A stretch of DNA of 64,000 bases. Source: Malacoraja senta (lineage: Eukaryota). The notes under the pieces are model-generated. The model saw only the letters and a list, made by a program, of their open reading frames with translations, had not been told where the DNA came from and ran no database searches. Location: contig JAXLNO010005746.1 in the NCBI GenBank assembly GCA_038087875.1, positions 1-64,000 on the forward strand, read 5' to 3'. Both the position numbers and the translations under genes were made by a program. Positions within the stretch are counted from its first letter, which is position 1. The number at the start of each line of letters is the position of its first letter. This document shows, one piece after another, positions 45,396 through 59,575 of this stretch.

Positions 45396-47584
45396 CAGTG
45401 CCCTCCATAATGTTTTGGACAAAGACCCTTCATTTATTTATTTGCCTCTGTATTCCACAATTTGAGATTTGTAATAGAAAAAAATCACATGTGGTGAAAG
45501 TGCACATGGACAGATTTTATTAAAGGGTATTTTTATACATTTTGGTTTCACCATGTAGAGATTACAGCTGTGTTTATACACAGTCCCCCCATTTCAGGGC
45601 ACCATAATGTTTTGGACTCATTGCTTCACAGGTGTTTGTAATTGCTCAGGTGTGTTTAATTGCCTCCTCAATGCAGGGATAAGAAAGCTCTCAGCACCTA
45701 GTCTTTCCTCCAGTCTTTCCATCACATTTGGAAACTTTTATTGCTGTTTATCAACATGAGGACCAAAGTTGTGCCAATGAAAGTCAAAGAAGCCATTCTG
45801 AGACTGAGAAACAAGAATAAAACTGTTAGAAACATCAGCCAAACATTAGGCTTACCAAAATCAACTGTTTGGAACATCATTAAGAAGAAAGAGAGCACTG
45901 GTGAGCTTACTAATCGCAAAGGGAATGGCAGGCCAAGGAAAACATCAGGCCAAGATGACAAAAGAATTATCTCTATAAAAAAAAAAACCCCAAACACCTG
46001 TCCGACAGATCAGAAACACTCTTCAGGAGTCAGGCGTGGATTTGTCAATGACCACTGTCTGCAGAAGATTTCATGAACATAAATACGGAGGCTACACTGC
46101 AAGATGCAAACCACTGGTTAGCCGCAAAAGTAGGATGGCCGGCTTACAGTTTGCGAAGAAGTACTTAAAAGAGCAACCACAGTGCTGGAAAAAGGTCTTG
46201 TGGACAGATGAGATGTACAGGGTCTTGGTGAGACCACACCTGGAGTATTGCGTACAGTTTTGGTCTCCAAATCTGAGGAAGGACATTATAGCCATAGAGG
46301 GAGTGCAGAGAAGGTTTACCAGACTGATTCCTGGGATGTCAGGACTTTCATATGAAGAAAGACTGGATAGACTTGGCTTATACTCGCTAGAATTTAGGAG
46401 ATTGAGAGGGGATCTTATAGAAACGTACAAAATTCTTATGGGGTTGGACAGGCTAGATGCAGGAAGATTGTTCCCGATGTTGGGGAAGTCCAGGACAAGG
46501 GGTCACAGCTTAAGGATAAGGGGGAAATCCTTTAAGACCGAGATGAGGAAAAACTTTTTCACACAGAGAGTGGTGAATCTCTGGAACTCTCTGCCAAAGA
46601 GGGTAGTTGAGGCCAGTTCATTGGCTATATTTAAGAGGGAGTTAGATGTGGCCCTTGTGGCTAAGGGGATCAGGGGGTATGGAGAGAAGGCAGGTAACGG
46701 GATACTGAGTTGGATGATCAGCCATGATCATATTGAATGGCGGTGCAGGCTCGAAGGGCCAAATGGCCTACTCCTGCACCTATTTTCTATGTATCTATGT
46801 ACCTATGTAAGATTAACATATCAGAGTAATGGCAAGAGCAAAGTATGGAGGAGGGAAGGAACTGCCCAAGATCTAAAGTATACCACCTCATCTGTGAAAC
46901 ACGGTGGTGGCGGTGTTATGTCCTGGGCATGTATGGCTGCTGAAGGTACTGACCCATTTATCTTCCTTGGTAATGCAACTGCTGATGGTAGTAGCATAAT
47001 GAATTCTGACATGTATAGAGACATCCTATCTGCTAGAGGTTGACGGTTCATTCTACAGCAAGACAATGATTCCAAACATATTGCAAAAACAACAAAGGAA
47101 TTTTTCAAAGCTAAAAAATGGTCAATTCTTGAGTGGCCAAGTCATTCTGAACCCAATTGAGCATGCCTTTTATATGCTGAAGAGAAAACCGAAGGTGACT
47201 CGCCCCCAAAACAAGCATAAGCTAAAGATGGCTGCAATACAGGCCTGGCAGAGCATCACCAGAGAAGACACCCAGCAACTGGTGATGTCCATGAATCTCA
47301 GACTTCAGGCATTCATTCCATGCAAAGGATATGCAACAAAATACTAAACATGACTACTTTCATTTACATGACATTGTTGTGTCCCAAACATTATGGTGCC
47401 CTGAACTGGACTATGTATAATCACTGCTGTAATTTCTACCTGGTGAAATCAAAATGTATAAAAATCTGAAAATGTGCACTTTAACATATGTGATTTTTTT
47501 TTCTATTACTATTCTCAAATTGTGGAGTACAGAGGCAAATAAATAAATGATGGGTCTTTGTCCCAAACATTATGGAGGGCACTG
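45396..47584 (+). mobile_element. Tc1 IR/DR transposon with CR1 insert at ~46214-46808 (duplicate of 13028-15216)
   Basis: Same TA-flanked termini and same lesions. Confidence 0.92.
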
Positions 47585-48604
47585 TAGGCCCTACAGCCAA
47601 CCAAATCCGCGCTGACCAATGATCACCCCGTACACTCGCACTATCCTACACATGAGGGACAATTTACAATTATACAGAAGCCAATTAACCTACAAAACTA
47701 CACGTCTTTGGATTGTGGGAGGAAACCGGAGCACCCGGATAAAACCCACGCTGCCTTACAGCGCCAAACCCGGGTCTCTGGCGCTGTAAGGCAGTAACTC
47801 TACCGCTGCGCCACTGTGCCGCCCTGGGTCATTTCCTCGGGTAAAATTTGATGGTAGAGATTATAAACTGCGTTTTAATTGTTATTCAAGGAAAAAAACA
47901 GCCGAGATGTTGGAGATGGGGTCGGCAGCGGTGGAGGGAGGAGAAGAACAGTGCCGGTGAGCTGGCTGGGAGACGGCGTGGGAGGTGAGGGGAAAAGGGT
48001 GCGTTGGTTGGTCGAGGTGTGGGCGGAGTGCGAGTGGGCTGCTGGAGGCCCTGCAGCAGCCGGTGGATCGGGTGCCGCTGGAGGCCCCACAGAGGTCGGG
48101 GACGAGCGTGCGGAGCGGACACGTCCTGCAGCGGCACGGAGCGGCGGTGGAGGCACCAACAACATCGCCAGGCCAGGCCGACCCCTGCAACTCCCACCCA
48201 GTGCAGTCCCCACGACAACGAGACTTTAAGCCCAAAATATGACAATACTTTTTTATCAATTTGATGTTTAAGAATATAAGATACTGCCAGAAATGTGGCA
48301 ACTCTAGTGTACTGTATCATATAATCTGCTATTAATACAATCTTGTTCTTAGCTTCAGCTGTGCTTATATAAAGTAAGATTTGTACTGAATTCTATGCAA
48401 AAGAAATTTCACTGTACCCATGTGCATGAGACAATCAAGTACCATTGAACCATTGAGCAATGGGGATATAAAAATGGTTACATGATTACAAGTATTGAAC
48501 TTGGACACGCGTTAGAACAATAAGATAAAAATTAAGGGTAATCGTTATATCAATATTGTTGTTCTGATGGAATGACGTCCAATAATCATCGTTTAGCTTT
48601 TCAG

Positions 48605-48707
48605 GGCCAAAGAGGGTGTTCACCAGTTGCAGATGGACAAATCTCATCACCTTGACCCTACAGTATCACCACACCCCACCTATGTCCAATCTAACTTGAC
48701 CACTTGA
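48605..48707 (+). CDS. Receptor gene 2 probable exon 5: cytoplasmic tail (one Ala-to-Val change vs gene 1)
   Basis: Paralogue of 16237-16339; gca to gta at 48664. Confidence 0.45.
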
Positions 48708-51700
48708 GGAGGAATTTCTTTAACCAGAGGGTGATGAATCTGTTGGAATTCATTGCCACAGATGGCTGTGGAGGCCAAGTCAATGGATATTTTTAAATTG
48801 GAGATTGACAGGTTTACTCAGGGTGACAAAAGTTGTGGGGAGAAGGCAGGAGAATGGGATGGAGGGGGAAAGATAGATCATCCATGATTGAATGGCGGAG
48901 TAGACTCGATGGAGAAAATGGCTGAATTCTGTACCTATGTTTGCAGACACGTCTGTACATCCTGACATTCACCCAAAAGACAGCAGTACATAGACTAGAA
49001 CTCAAAGCAGGCTCTCCAGAATGTGAACTTTTAACTTTACTACCAATTGAATTGTTGTGTAAAACCCTGCACATTGAATAATGATTAAAATAATCCAATG
49101 TAATAAAAGATGCTGAATTTTTGTCATAAGATCATAAGTGATAAGGGTAGAATTAGTTTGGTTTATAGATACCGCATGGAAACAGGCCCATTGGCCCACC
49201 GAGTCCATGCCGACCATTGATCACCTGTACACACTATGTTTAAGAAGAAACTGCAGATGCTGGAAAAGCGGTAGACAAAAATGATGAGTTTCTCTGACAT
49301 TTTTGTCTACATGTACACACTAGTTCTGTTATCCCACTTTCTCATCCATTCCCTACACATTTGCGACAATCTTGCAGAGGTATTTAACCTACAAACTCGC
49401 ATGTATTAGGGATGTGGGAGGAAACCGGAGCACCCAGAGGAGACCCACGCGGTCACAGGGAGAACGTGCAAACTCCACACTGATAGCGCCGGAGGTCAGA
49501 ATCCAACTGGGGTCTCTGGGGGTGGTTGCAGTTCCACCTACAGCAAACCCAACCCCACAAATATCACCCAGAACAAGCCTCTCCATCACCAGTGTAGCAG
49601 TGTGACAACACAATGTGAGCAACTCACAACAAAATAGGTTGAGAAATAGGAAGACACAAGGAAGTACAGATGCAGTGATATCTGATAGTCCGCTCGAGTA
49701 GATTGCAACCCAATGGTGGGAACATTGAATTTTCTAGTTTTAAGTAATTAACCCACAACAATCTTTTCCACTAATCTCCGTCCCTTTCCACATCTATATA
49801 TATATATATATATCCTTTCTTCCAGCTTCACATTTCATGCCTCTTCCATATCTCATATCACCATCTCACAGCCTTTTATCTTCTTTCCATCTCTGGCCTT
49901 CGTCCACCCATCAGCCAGTAACCCTCTCTCCCTCACCTGTATCCACCTATCACTTGCCAGGCTTCATCCTTCCCCCACCTCTCTCCCAGCTTTCTCCCCC
50001 CTACTACAATCAGCCTGAAGAAGGGTCCGAACCCAAAACGTCACCTATCCATGTTCTCTGGAGATGCTGCCTGACCCATTGAGTTACTCCAGCATTATAT
50101 GTCTGTTTTTGAGAAATAGGAAGTTGTGAGGTTGATAAGAAGATTTGAACAACAGTGTAAATATTTTGAAACCAAATCATTGGTTCCACGGGTTAGGGTT
50201 GTTATGACAGTATGCAGGGTGGGTTATCAGATCTGTGAGGTGTGGAGAACCATGGTCAAGTCCAAATCCACCCACATGTCACAGTGCCAGGGTGAAGGGT
50301 GAGTGGGGCAGAGCAGGGTGGGACACTGGCACCAGAGTTAAACTCATAGAGTCATATAGTGCAGAAACAGGCCCTTCTTCCCAACTTGACCATGCTGACC
50401 AAACTGCCCACCTACACTAGTAGTAGTGTAGTTACTATATGTAGTGTACCCCAGTGGTATGAACATTGACTTCTCCAATTTCAGGTGGTCCTTGCTTTCT
50501 CCCTCCTTCCCCTCCCCTTCCCAGCTCTCCCACAGCCTACTGTCACCTTCGCTTCCGTTCTTCTTCCTGCCTCCCGCCCCCACCTCCACATCAGTCTGAA
50601 GAAGGATCTCGACCCGAAACATCACCTATTCCTTCGCTCCATAGATGCTGCCTCATCCGCTGAGTTTCTCCAGCATTTTTTACTACCTTCGTTTTTTCCA
50701 GCATCTGCAGTTCTTTCTTAAACCTAAACTAGTTTAGTTTAGTTTAGAGATACAGCGTGGAAACTGGCCCTTCACCTACCGAGTCCGCACCGAACAGTGA
50801 TCCCACGCATTAACATCCTACATGCACTGGGGACTATTTATACTTATACCAAGCCAACTAACCAACTAACCGATACGTTTTTGGAGTGTGGGAGGAAACT
50901 GAAGATCTCGGAGAAAACCCAGGCGGGGAGAACGTACAAACTCCCTAAACAAGAGTGAGGGTTAACTTCTGGATTCACCCTCAGACACACACACATTACC
51001 TTGGTTTTACAGTAGAAATCCCTTCAAATGCTTTCATGAAGTTCTTTTCCAAAATAATTGCTATACACATAGAGTCATAGTGTGACTCAGTGTGGAAACA
51101 GGCCCTTCTGCCCAACTTGCCGACACCAGCCAACATGTCCCAGGCCAGTTCCACCTGCTCGCATTTGCCCCATATCCCTCCAAACCTGTCCTATCCAAGT
51201 ACCCTATCTAACTGTATCTAAAACATTGGGATAGTCCCTGCCTCACTACCTCCTCTGGCAGTTTGTTCCATATACCCACCACCCTTTCTGTGAAAAAGTT
51301 ACCCCTCAGATTCCTATTGAATCTTTTCCCCTTCACATTACACCTATGTCCTCTGGTCCCCGATTCACCTGCACTGGGAAAGTGACACTGTGCATCTACC
51401 CAATCTATTCCTCTTGTAATTTTATACATCTCTATAAGATCACCCCTCATCCTCTGCGCTCCAAGGAATAGAATCACAGCCTACTCAACCTCACTATAGC
51501 TCAGACCATGTAATCCTGGCAACATCCTCGTAAATCTTCTCTGTATCCTTTCCAGCTAGACAACATCTTTCCTATAACACGATGCTTTTGAAAGACCCAT
51601 CTGGTTATTATATCAATTGATCACTAATTACTGTTCTCACCTCTAATGACAAGAGCAGCTTAGGTTAACCAATAAAATATGTTTGTTAATAAACAGCTTT

Positions 51701-51916
51701 TTAAACAAAACCAGTTCTGCTGTTTGGCATAATTCTATCCTAAAAGCAAGTGATTATACAATCCTTATACAATACTTGGGGTGCTGTATCAGGTAATATG
51801 GTTAATGTAGCTATTTATTGCAGATAAATTGCAGGGGTGTGGAGGCAAGGTCAATGGATATTTTTAAGTTAGTTTTGATGTAGGAACAGGCCAGGGTAAC
51901 ATGTAGGCTATGAGAA

Positions 51917-53170
51917 AGATTAGTCTTTAGATTCTGGAGTAGTTCCTGAGGATTGGAGGGTAGCTAATGTAACCCCACTTTTTAAAAATGGAGGGAGAGA
52001 GAAAATGGGGAATTACAGTCCAGTTAGTCTAACATCGGTAGTGGGGAAACTGCTAGAGTCAGTTATTAAAGATGGGATAGCAGCACATTTGGAAAATGGT
52101 GAAATCATTGGACAAAGTCAGCATGGATTTATGAAAGGTAAATCATGTCTGACGAATCTTATAGAATTTTTCTAGGATGTAACTAGTAGAGTGGATAAGG
52201 GAGAACCAGTGGATGTGTTATATCTGGACTTTCAGAAGGCTTTCGACAAGGTCCCACATAAGAGATTAATATACAAACTTAAAGCACACGGTATTGGGGG
52301 TTCAGTATTGATGTGGATAGAGAACTGGCTGGCAGACAGGAAGCAAAGAGTAGGAGTAAACGGGTCCTTTTCAGAAGGGCAGACAGTGACTAGTGGGGTA
52401 CCGCAAAGCTCAGTGCTGGGACCCCAACTATTTACAATATATATTAATTATTTGGACGAGGGAATTGAATGCAACATCTCCAAGTTTGCGGATGACACGA
52501 AGCTGGCAGGCAGTATTAGCTGTGAGGAGTGTGCTAGGAGGCTGCAAGATGACTTGGATAGGCTGGGTGAGTGGGCAAATGCATGGCAGATGCAGTATAA
52601 TGTGGATAAATGTGAGGTTATCCACTTTGTGGCAAAAACAGGAAAGTAGACTATTACCTGAATGGTGGCCAATTAGGAAAAGGGGAGATGCAACGAAACC
52701 TGGGTGTCATGGTACACCAGTCATTGAAAGTAGGCATGCAGGTGCAGCAGGCAGTGAAGAAAGCGAATGGTATGTGAGCATTCATAGCAAAAGGACTTGA
52801 GTATAGGAGCAGGGAGATTCTACTGCAGTTGTACAGGGTCTTGGTGAGACCACACCTGGAGTATTGCGTACAGTTTTGGTCTCCTAATCTGAGGAAGGAC
52901 ATTCTTGCCATAGAGGGAGTACAGAGAAGGTTCACAAGACTGATTCCTGGGATGTCAGGACTTTCATATGAAGAAAGACTGGATAGACTCGGCTTGTACT
53001 CGCTAGAATTTAGAAGATTGAGGGGGAATCTTATAGAAACTTACAACATTGTTAAGGGGTTGGACAGGCTAGATGCAGGAAGATTGCTCCCGATGTTGGG
53101 GAAGTCCAGAACAAGGGGTCACAGTTTAAGGATAAAGGGGAAATCTTTTAGGACTGAGATGAGAAAAACA
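51917..53170 (+). mobile_element. CR1 RT region split by L1 (duplicate of 19549-20802)
   Basis: ORFs 52191..52649 and 52829..53185. Confidence 0.9.
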
Positions 53171-56100
53171 TTTTTTTTTTTTTGAAAATATTTTTTATTG
53201 GAGATAAAACACAACATATTATCATCATTACCAGTCTTACATTTTTAAATTGATAATATCGTCAATTATTATTACATTGTCTCCAATACCTTTTGCCTTT
53301 TTTTAAAAAAAATTTTAAACTAGATAGAACTAAAAAGATAGATGAAGTAAAGAAAGAAAAAAAAAAGAAAACAGAGAAGAAAAAGATAGTTAAAGAAGAA
53401 TGGAAACATTTATTAAGATAAAAAACTTCGTTCGAGATATATTCGTACATTTCAGAGTATAACATTTCATCCATTCTTTAGCCCGAGTGCTAGTCAGGTT
53501 CTTGTGCTGAACCATTCTGACCCTTTAAATAATCAATAGAGGGAGACCATGTTCCAACGAATAATTCCTGTTTGTCCAACAGGGCAAATCTGATTCTTTC
53601 CACATTTAAGGTCTCCGTCATTTCTATAATCCACATTTTGATTGTGGGGGTTATAGGGCCTTTCCAAAATTTTAGAATTAATTTTTTTCCCGTTATTATA
53701 CTATAATCAATAAAGTGTCTTTGTGTTGTTGTAAATGTTTGATTTAATTCTAATGTTCCGAGTATTATTAGTTTTGGATCCGGGTCCAATTGTGTGCTGG
53801 TCACTTTAGATATTATACTGAAAATATTTACCCAGAATTTTTTTATTTTTATACAGTTTGCAAACATATGAGATAAGTTAGCTTCTAAATGTTGACATTT
53901 ATCACATATAGGTGAGATATGTTGAAAGATTTTATGTAATTTTGTTTTTGAATAATGTAACCTATGTATTACTTTAAATTGTATTAAAGAATATCTGGCA
54001 TTTAATGAACATTGATGTATGTGTTGTAAACTTTCTTCCCAAGTATCTTTCGTTATTATTTGATTTAATTCTTTTTCCCATGTTTGTCTGTGTAAGTCCG
54101 TCGATGGAATGTTACTGTCTAATAAAATATTATATATATATGATATTAATTTTTCTGTATTAGGATGTTTATTCCAACATTCATCAAGAATTTCTGAATT
54201 TCTAATTCGAAAATTTTGAGTATTCGATTTTACATAATCTCTGAGTTGAAGATATCTGAAAAAATCATTTCCTCGAAATCCATAAGTCTGTTGCAACTCC
54301 TGAAATGTAAGAAAAGTGCCTTCCTTGTAAAGATGTCCCATATTTTTGATTCCATATTTCTTCCATTGTGTAAAACCCCTGTCCAACCATGAGGGTTTAA
54401 ACAAAGGGTTATTCACAATTGGAAGAATAAGTGATGTTATCTAATTTTAATGTATTTTTTAATTGTTTCCAAATTCGTATAGCACTAAATATTATAGGGA
54501 TTTCCATATACATTTTTTTGTTTAATTTAGACGTAGCAAATAATATCGAGCCGATATCAAAAGGTAAACAATCTTCCTTTTCCATTTTTAACCAATCTGG
54601 TTGTTGATCTATTTCTTCCAACCAGAAATTCATATTTTTAATATTAACTGCCCAAAAATAAAACAGGAAATTTGGTAGAACCAAGCCTCCATTTATTTTT
54701 GATTTACACAAATGTCTTTTGTTTATCCTATGATTCTTATAATCCCAGATAAAATCATTAACAATGGAATCCAATTTAAAAAAAAAGTTTTTTGACAAAT
54801 ATATCGGAATTGTCTGAAAAAGGTATAATATTTGTGGTAAAAAAATCATTTTTATGGCATTAATTTTGCCAACCATTGAGATAGGAAGTGTTTTCCAATA
54901 TTGAATATTCTTATGTAATTTGTTCAGTAATGGGGGAAAATTTGCTTTAAATAATGATGTATATATCTTAGTTACGTAAATGCCTAGGTATTTGAATTTT
55001 TCATTTACTATTTTAAATGGAAATTGTTGTATTATCTGTTTGTTGTGTTCCCTTATTGGCATAATTTCACTTTTATTCCAATTTATTCTGTATCCTGAGA
55101 GTGAACCAAATTGGGTTATTAGCTTTAATAAGTTTGGAATACTAATTTCTGGTTTTGTAATCTAAATTAGTACATCATCTGCGTATAGAGAAATTTTATT
55201 CACTGTATCCTTTGTATTATACCCATGTATTTCCGGATGACCCCTAACTCTTTCTGCGAGTGGCTCAATAGCAAGCGCAAATAATAATGGAGATAACGGG
55301 CATCCTTGTCTACAACCTCTAGATAGGCTGAATTTAGATGACAACCTTTGGTTTGTTAATATTCTAGCCGTAGGGTTTGTATATAACAGTCTTATCCATG
55401 TGCAGAATTTCTCCCCTAGCTGCATATTTTCCATCACCGAAAATAAATAGGACCATTCAACCTGATCAAAAGCTTTTTCAGCGTCAAGTGAGATTATTGC
55501 TAGATCTTCATTAATAATTCTCTTAGAATATATAATATTAAATAATCTTCTTAGATTATAATATGAGTACCGTTTCTGAATAAAGCCTGTTTGGTCAGGG
55601 TGTATTAATTTATTCATCACTGTACTTAATCTATGCGCTAGTATTTTAGTTAATATTTTCTGATCTGTATTTAAAAGTGCAATTGCTCTATATGATCCCG
55701 GATCTTCCGGATCTTTATCAACTTTAGGAATAAGTGTTATTATAGATTCATTTAAAGTATCTGGAAGTTTCTGTTGTGTATAGATATGCTCATACAGCCT
55801 TTGTAAACGTGGGGAGAGCAAGTCATAAATTTTTTTATAGAATTCAGAGCCTAAACCATCTGGTCCTACTGCTTTACCATTTTTTAAAGAGCCAATAGAC
55901 TCTTCAATATCCTTTATCGTAATCTCCCTTTCTAATAATTCTCTATCGTTTGAGTCTAAACCTTTTAAATTACATTTTAGTAAAAAATCTGCTATTCCTT
56001 CTGGTTGTACTACAGTTTTAGTTGAATAAAGATTATGATAGTATTGGAGAAATCTCTCGTTTATATCCTTGGGCATTTTTAATTATTCTCCTGTATCTGT

Positions 56101-57690
56101 TCTAATTTTATGAATTATTTTTTCCCCCTCCATTTTTCATAACTGACGTGCTAATAGTTTTTGTGGTTTGTCTCCAAACTCGAAATGTAATTGTTTGGTT
56201 TTTTGATAAAGTTTTATTACTTGTTCTGAATACATTTTGTTTAATTTATATTTCAATACAGCAATTTTATTATGTTTTAAAATAGATGGCATTCTCGCAT
56301 TTTCTATATCTAGTTGCTTGATTTCCCTTTCCAATGTTTGTTGTTTAATCCTCTTTATTATAAAATACTTGGGCAGAAATTAATGCACCTCGAACAAACG
56401 CTTTAAACGTTTCCCACATAAGAGAAGTGGGTGTGTCAGGGTTGTCATTTACCTCAAAAAATATTTGAATCTGTTTAATAAGATATTCCTGGCATGAACT
56501 TTCGTTCAAAATTTGTGGGTTAAATCTCCAATATGTTTGTTTCTCGGACATTCCATTTAATTTAATCATGAATGTTACAGGTGCGTGATCTGAGATTATA
56601 ATATTATGGTATTTTGAGTTGTAAGTAAATGGGATAAACGTGGAGTCAGCTAAAAAATAATCTATTCTTGAGTATGTTTTATGTACTGGTGAGTAAAATG
56701 AATATTCCCGTCCAGTTGGATTTTCAATTCTCCAGACATCCTTAATATTAGTGGTATTAATAAATGAATTTCAAAATACACTTGATTGAGATTTTACTTT
56801 TTTTTGCCTTGATGATCTATCTAAGTATGAATCTAATGTGCAATTGAAGTCTCCTCCAATTATTAATTTATATTGTGTAAATTCAGGAATTATATTAAAT
56901 GTTTTATTAAAAAACATAGGATTGTCAAAATTAGGCCCATATACATTAAGAAGAATCACTTTTTCTCCATTTAACTCTCCAACTAATATAATATATCTAC
57001 CATCAATATCCGCTATTGTTGATGAATGCGTATAAGGTATTCCTTTATGAATTAATATTGTCCTCTGGACTTATGGGAAAAAGAGGAATGATATGATTCA
57101 GCGATCCACTTAGCTTTAAGTCTATGTTGAGATTCCTTTTTAAGGTGTGTTTCTTGAAGGAATATTATATCTGTTTTGATTGAATTTAGATGTGCCAAAA
57201 CTTTACCTCTCTTAATTGGTTCATTGATTCCCTTAACATTCCAACTACAAAATGTTATTCCCTCACCCCCTCTTGTCATATTAACATCTTGCATATTGTT
57301 TCTAAGGTGGTCTATAACCGAGCAGAAGGTGCAACACATAAAACCTGACCCTGCTCCCGAACCTCAAATAGATGAATTTTAAATAATATACATCGCTCTT
57401 CCGAACACATCTCCTTGAATTAGTCTTGTTGTTCCATTCAAACATTGTTATAAAAATATTTAAAGTGAAAAAAGTGATAGAATTGGTTAGTATAGGGTGA
57501 AAGAAAAAAAACTACATCTACAATTAGTGTAGTTAGTGATAGCCACACTAACGTGGCTAGAATTCTAAAGACTTCCGTAGCCTTTGTAAAAAAAAAATCC
57601 CAGCTCCGTGCCCGAGAAAAAAAAAATGAATATTTCTGACAATCAATTAACTTCTTTGGGAGTAGCAAACATATATATATACACATACAT

Positions 57691-57747
<57 letters not shown>

Positions 57748-59575
57748 CCCATATGCATACATATATATGCACATATCCCTGCAGAAAAGTCCAAAAACAG
57801 CATAAATTCACAACGTTATTATTCTCTACATACCGTATTAATATCTTCGCTAAATCTATAAATTTAATTTTAAATTGAAAAATAAAGAGAAAAACCGTCA
57901 AACCTTATTATGACGTAGGCTGAATTACCTCTTGCACATATTCCTACAGAATATAAGTATGTAACTCATTTCTACGTTAACCAGAGACTTTTAGTTATTG
58001 ATCATTGTTATCAATCATACCTAGTATTAAATTTTTATGAGTAATATAGATGTTAATAATTTTAGTAATAATATAGATATTTAATAAGTATTAGTAGTTA
58101 CATATATAGTTAGATATGAATATACTAAATAGTAATAGTGATTAATAACAATTGGTCGTAACTATGATATTATTGTTCTTAGAGTTGATACTAAAAATAA
58201 AAAAAGATTAAAAAATAAAAAACCACGGTTTTCTCCAATGTCCACCGTCCATTTCAGTTTTCGAATGTCCTTAAAGCTCTTAAAAGAACTTTAAAGGTCC
58301 TTTTAAATCTGGCGAAGTCCCATTAACCCTTGACTCCTGAGGAGTAATGCAAATTCTTCAGTCTGTGGTCACGTTCTCGATTTCTTTGGCAAATTCCAGT
58401 GCTTTTTCGTGGTCTGTAAAAAATTGCTCCTTCTACTTGTAGGTGACTCTTAGTCTTGCGGGGTAAAGCAAGCCGTATCTCAATGCAGGTACCTTCTTCA
58501 GTATTCTTTTTGTCTCAGTGAACAGCGCTCTTTTCTTGAAGACCTCTGCCGGATAATCTTGGTAAATACTGAACCTCGCACCTTCAAAATAGAGCTGTCC
58601 GCTTCGGACAATTTTCTTCATTATCTCGTCAAATTCATGATCAAGTTGCACCTTTACTATAATTTGTCTTGGATGGGCATCATCTTGTGTACGACGCCCC
58701 TGCGCTCTATGTGCTCGACCGAGTGAAGGTTTCTGATCCAATTTTAAGGCTTTTTGTAGTAGGTCTGCCACAAAATCCCGAGGGCCCATTTCCCTCTCAC
58801 TTCCTTCTTTCATCCCTACAATTCTTAAATTCTTGCGTCTTTGACGCCCCTCCAGATCGGTACACTTATCACTTAATTTGATCACCATACCGGAGAGGCG
58901 TTGGTTTTCAATAAGGAGTCGATTTACAGTTTCCTCACTTGTCGCCACCCATTTCTCAAGTTCGGTTATCGCTGTTCTATGTTGATCAAGTGCTTGATGA
59001 ATGGGGATCACCTCCCTATTAATGCTCGATTCCACCGAAACGAGCCTGGCTTCCAGCACTTCCATCTGTTCCTTGGCCTCATCGTCCCTCGACCACTTCC
59101 AGACTTCCAGTATTTCTTGAACGGTAGAATCCATTTCTGCTTTAAAATCTTCCTTGAAAGAGTTAAGTTCCTCTTTAAAATTCAATTTCAAATTTCCTTC
59201 GAAGGTTTTCAACTGTAGTTGAATCTGTTTAATTTCAACAGCAAGAAAAGTTTTAGATCTTCAATTTCAGACTTTTTCTGCTTTGATTTCTTCGTTGGGT
59301 CTTCCTGGGCCGTCATTGTAACTGAGGCCGAGGCCTCAGTTAGGCCTACCTCTTCCATCGGTGGTTTCCCTTTAACGGTTTTTTTTGGCCCACGGGGGGG
59401 GGGGGTATGTTGCATCGACATACCATCAAAGTCGCGCGCCTGATGACGTCACGCGGCAGGCAGCCGTTCAGATCGCGATCGCTGCAGGTAAGACCCGATT
59501 TTCTCCCGTTTTCAGATTCTTCGGCACGGAGCTAGTTGGCACTGGACTCAAGCCTCCATAGCGCCACCGGAAGTC
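53171..59575 (-). mobile_element. Full-length-size L1 (duplicate of 20803-27206, sharing its ORF2 disruptions)
   Basis: ORF fragments at offset 32,368-32,370; same termini and flanks. Confidence 0.92.

Noticed and set aside
20803-59575. Two near-identical L1s as evidence of recent L1 activity
   Set aside because: They share the same ORF2 disruptions and flanks, so they were copied by segmental duplication, not retrotransposition.
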